Of a DNA stretch of 64,000 bases, positions 60,961 through 64,000 are shown one piece after another. The notes beneath the pieces were generated by a model, which was given only the letters and a program-made list of their open reading frames with translations, was not told where the DNA came from and ran no database searches. The stretch is taken from contig NIVC01000366.1 of NCBI GenBank assembly GCA_002269645.1, positions 372,001 to 436,000 on the forward strand, in the 5' to 3' direction. This DNA is from Macrostomum lignano. Taxonomy: Eukaryota. Position 1 is the first letter of the stretch. The number at the start of each line of letters is the position of its first letter. The position numbers and the translations under genes are program-made.

Positions 60961-62904
60961 GTCACTATTAGGGGAGTCAACTGACCTATACAGTTTAGAC
61001 TAGAGAGTTCCAGAATAATGGACCTCCCAACGAAAGAGCAAGCTTAATATTATCCAGATCTTTTGCTTAATTCTGCAGAACTCCATGCCCCTATACTCTC
61101 GCAGACTCTGTAGGGGATTCCAATATGACTCGAATGAATTACCCGCCCGCTCATCTGGGGAGCTGGCAAGTTTTTTTAGGTCCCGATCGTGCATTTGTGG
61201 CCTTGCGGTGTAATTGAATTTCAGCTCGATGGAAAAATATCGAAATACTCGCAGAGATGCACTGCTCTCAGTCTGTCATTCGTACTTTTTGTGTTGGGGG
61301 ATTTTTACAGCCCAACCGACTGGTAAAAAATCCCCCCCACAGTTAAGAGGGCCGATTTAAGAATAAAAGATCCGAAGAATTACCGCATGGCTATAGGAAG
61401 AATTTGGCCATCTGAGGCATTAAAAATTTAGCAGGTGTTCTTTCCGCTTTGACTGCATCTGCAATCTGGGTACTCTGCTCGGTTCAATGCGGGGTTACTT
61501 CGGCTGGGGTACTTCGGCTGGGGTACTTCGGCTGTTTGAATGATTTTTATTATGTCAAAATGAGAGAAGAGATCAAATAAGGAGAGAGGAGCGGAAAGGG
61601 AGAGATAAGAGTTCGGTGATTTACTAGTGATTAAGATAAGAGAGGTGAGATGACAGGTGAGATGAGTGGGGTAAGATGAGAGGGGTGAGATGAGAGGGGT
61701 AAAATAAACGAGGTGAGACGAAAATTGTGAGATGAGAGGGGTAAAATAAACGAGGTGAGACGAAAATTGTGAGATGAGAGGGGTGAGTTGAGAGGAGTGA
61801 GATGAGAGGAGTGAGATGAGATTTATTAAAAGAGAGGGTGAGATGAGAGATGTGAGATGAGAGTGGTGAGATGATAGGGGTGCGATGAGAGATACGAGGT
61901 CAGAGCGATGGGATGAGAGTTATTAAATGAGAGAGGTAAGACGAGAGAGGCGACATGAGAGGGGAGATATGAGGAAGGTGAGACAAGAGAAAACGAAAAT
62001 TAGAGAGATATGTGAGATGTTTTTAAAAAAGGTGATAGACGGGAGTTAGAGACAAGAGAAGGGGACACGAGTACAAAGAGAGTAGACACAAAGAGGAGAG
62101 AACAGAGGATGCCTCCTAGAACGTGTCTCAAAGCAAGGCGGTCGGCCCAGGAGAGCTTGGCCTCCCAGCCCCTAGCCCCTAGCAACTGCCATGCAGCATG
62201 CGTCATCACGTGCCGGGGGCCGCTCACGAATCGAGTTCATCAAAGCGACGCATTTATCTGGCATGTAAATTTAATCGGACATAATATTAGACTGGAAAAC
62301 CTAAAAGGTAGCCAACCCACTTATTCACATAAATTTGGTAGTGAGGAATATGAGAAAAAAGGGAATTCTTTATCCTTATATTTGTCCTTAATTGGTGAAA
62401 ACTTCAGTTGCAAATCAGCAGACCAGATCGTGCTTGAGCATGTTAATATTGTACACAGATTTTCACTAGCAGTTTCTGAATGATCTCAGCTACTCAATGG
62501 AATCGAGAAGCTTAATAAATTTGATCTTCGACAATCTGTCCCGTTTGAAGATCTTTTTATAGCAATTATATTATATATATAACTGCATTTCTTGATTCTA
62601 AATATACAGTTGGTCGTCCATGGCTGAGAATGCAAGAGTCAATTCTGAGTTCTCTGGTTGGCACGCAATCGGGCCTCAAGCTCTGTCAACCGCCTAGTTT
62701 TCTGTGAGTGAGAGTTCCCTCCTCCATCAAAGGGCAACTCTTTGATAATCTGAGTTCTGTGACTCATGCGCTCCGATTCCCCGCGGGGAGTCGCTACAGT
62801 TAAAAATGTCATAAAAATTCTATCAAGTCAAGACTGGGATGTGATAATGGCGTGAACAGGGGTTTGCTAAGGCTGCGAGAATGATTGCGTCACTTGCTGA
62901 TGTG

Positions 62905-63262
<358 letters not shown>

Positions 63263-64000
63263 CATCTGTATATTCACATTGCACTTAGGACCCAAGCATT
63301 AATTATGCATTGCACACACAAAGCCTAGCATTTCACTTCAATAAAGAACTCATATGCCTTGGAACGCTTTCTGCGCAGAAACACACAGCTTTAGCAAACG
63401 CTGCAGTTACTGCAAGCAGAAAGATAGACATTGAATGTCAGAAAGGCCACGCAACCAAATTTTAGAATGTGGGGGTGGTGGTGGCAGTGGTGGGGTCTGC
63501 CTGTCTGCAACGCATCGCGCGCCCTCGTACTCAAGTTTAGAGCAATTAAAGATGGTGACAGTCGAGCTCAGCTCATGAGCTACAGGCTATAAGCGAAGAA
63601 AAAGAAAGCTCTGGGCCAAGCGGAGTGCGCCACAGCTTTTTGAAAGAGAGCTGCGCTGCTCTGCTGTACACGATAAACAGAAATCTCCAAGTTAAAAGCG
63701 GTTCCATGGGGCTCTCTTTAATTTTTATGTTTAGCTTTTTTGCTCGGGTTGGTATGGTGTGTTGTGGGGGGGGGGGCTTGGAAGGACTTGTAGGAAATCG
63801 CCCTCCTCTGTCTCTCTCGCTGATTCGGCAGTGCAGAACTGGAATGATAAGGGCAGCCGAGGAGTGCGGGGCTGCTGCCGTCTGGAGTGAGCGCTGGCTT
63901 GGATCTTTTTCTGCATGCTTGTCGACAATTTAATTATCCAAGCATTGGCTATCTAACAACTTTTATCTAACATCTAGCTGTCTAACACTGGCTATCTAAC

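Overview
Eukaryotic (metazoan) genomic DNA with spliceosomal GT-AG introns. GC-rich exons, minisatellite-filled introns and an intron-containing USP gene suggest a free-living flatworm such as Macrostomum (inference, not verified). Genes reconstructed exon by exon: (1) CASK on the minus strand, 8 exons from ATG 29103 down to 5273, covering the CaMK-like pseudokinase domain and the start of the first L27 domain, with the remainder presumably beyond the left edge; (2) an intronless class-B-like 7TM receptor ORF (6010-7239) nested on the same strand inside CASK intron 7; (3) SSRP1 (FACT subunit) on the plus strand, 5 exons, 49033-54153, with an apparent 1-nt frameshift in exon 5 and two poly-Gly tracts; (4) a two-exon universal stress protein gene (58618-59561); (5) a candidate 51-aa small ORF (57148-57303, minus). 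The ~20 kb between the head-to-head CASK and SSRP1 starts is about 89% transposon: a 2.66-kb foldback palindrome, three diverged head-to-tail Helitrons (the third carrying an STPR-repeat/Cys-motif RepHel N-terminus), and a three-level nest of a Mutator-like element (235-bp TIRs, 9-bp TSD) containing a CACTA/EnSpm element, whose transposase is itself split by a hAT-like MITE. Most long introns carry their own tandem-repeat family, and nearly all long ORFs in the supplied track are translation artefacts of these arrays. Repeat boundaries are approximate (read by eye); exon and TE junctions were indexed base by base.
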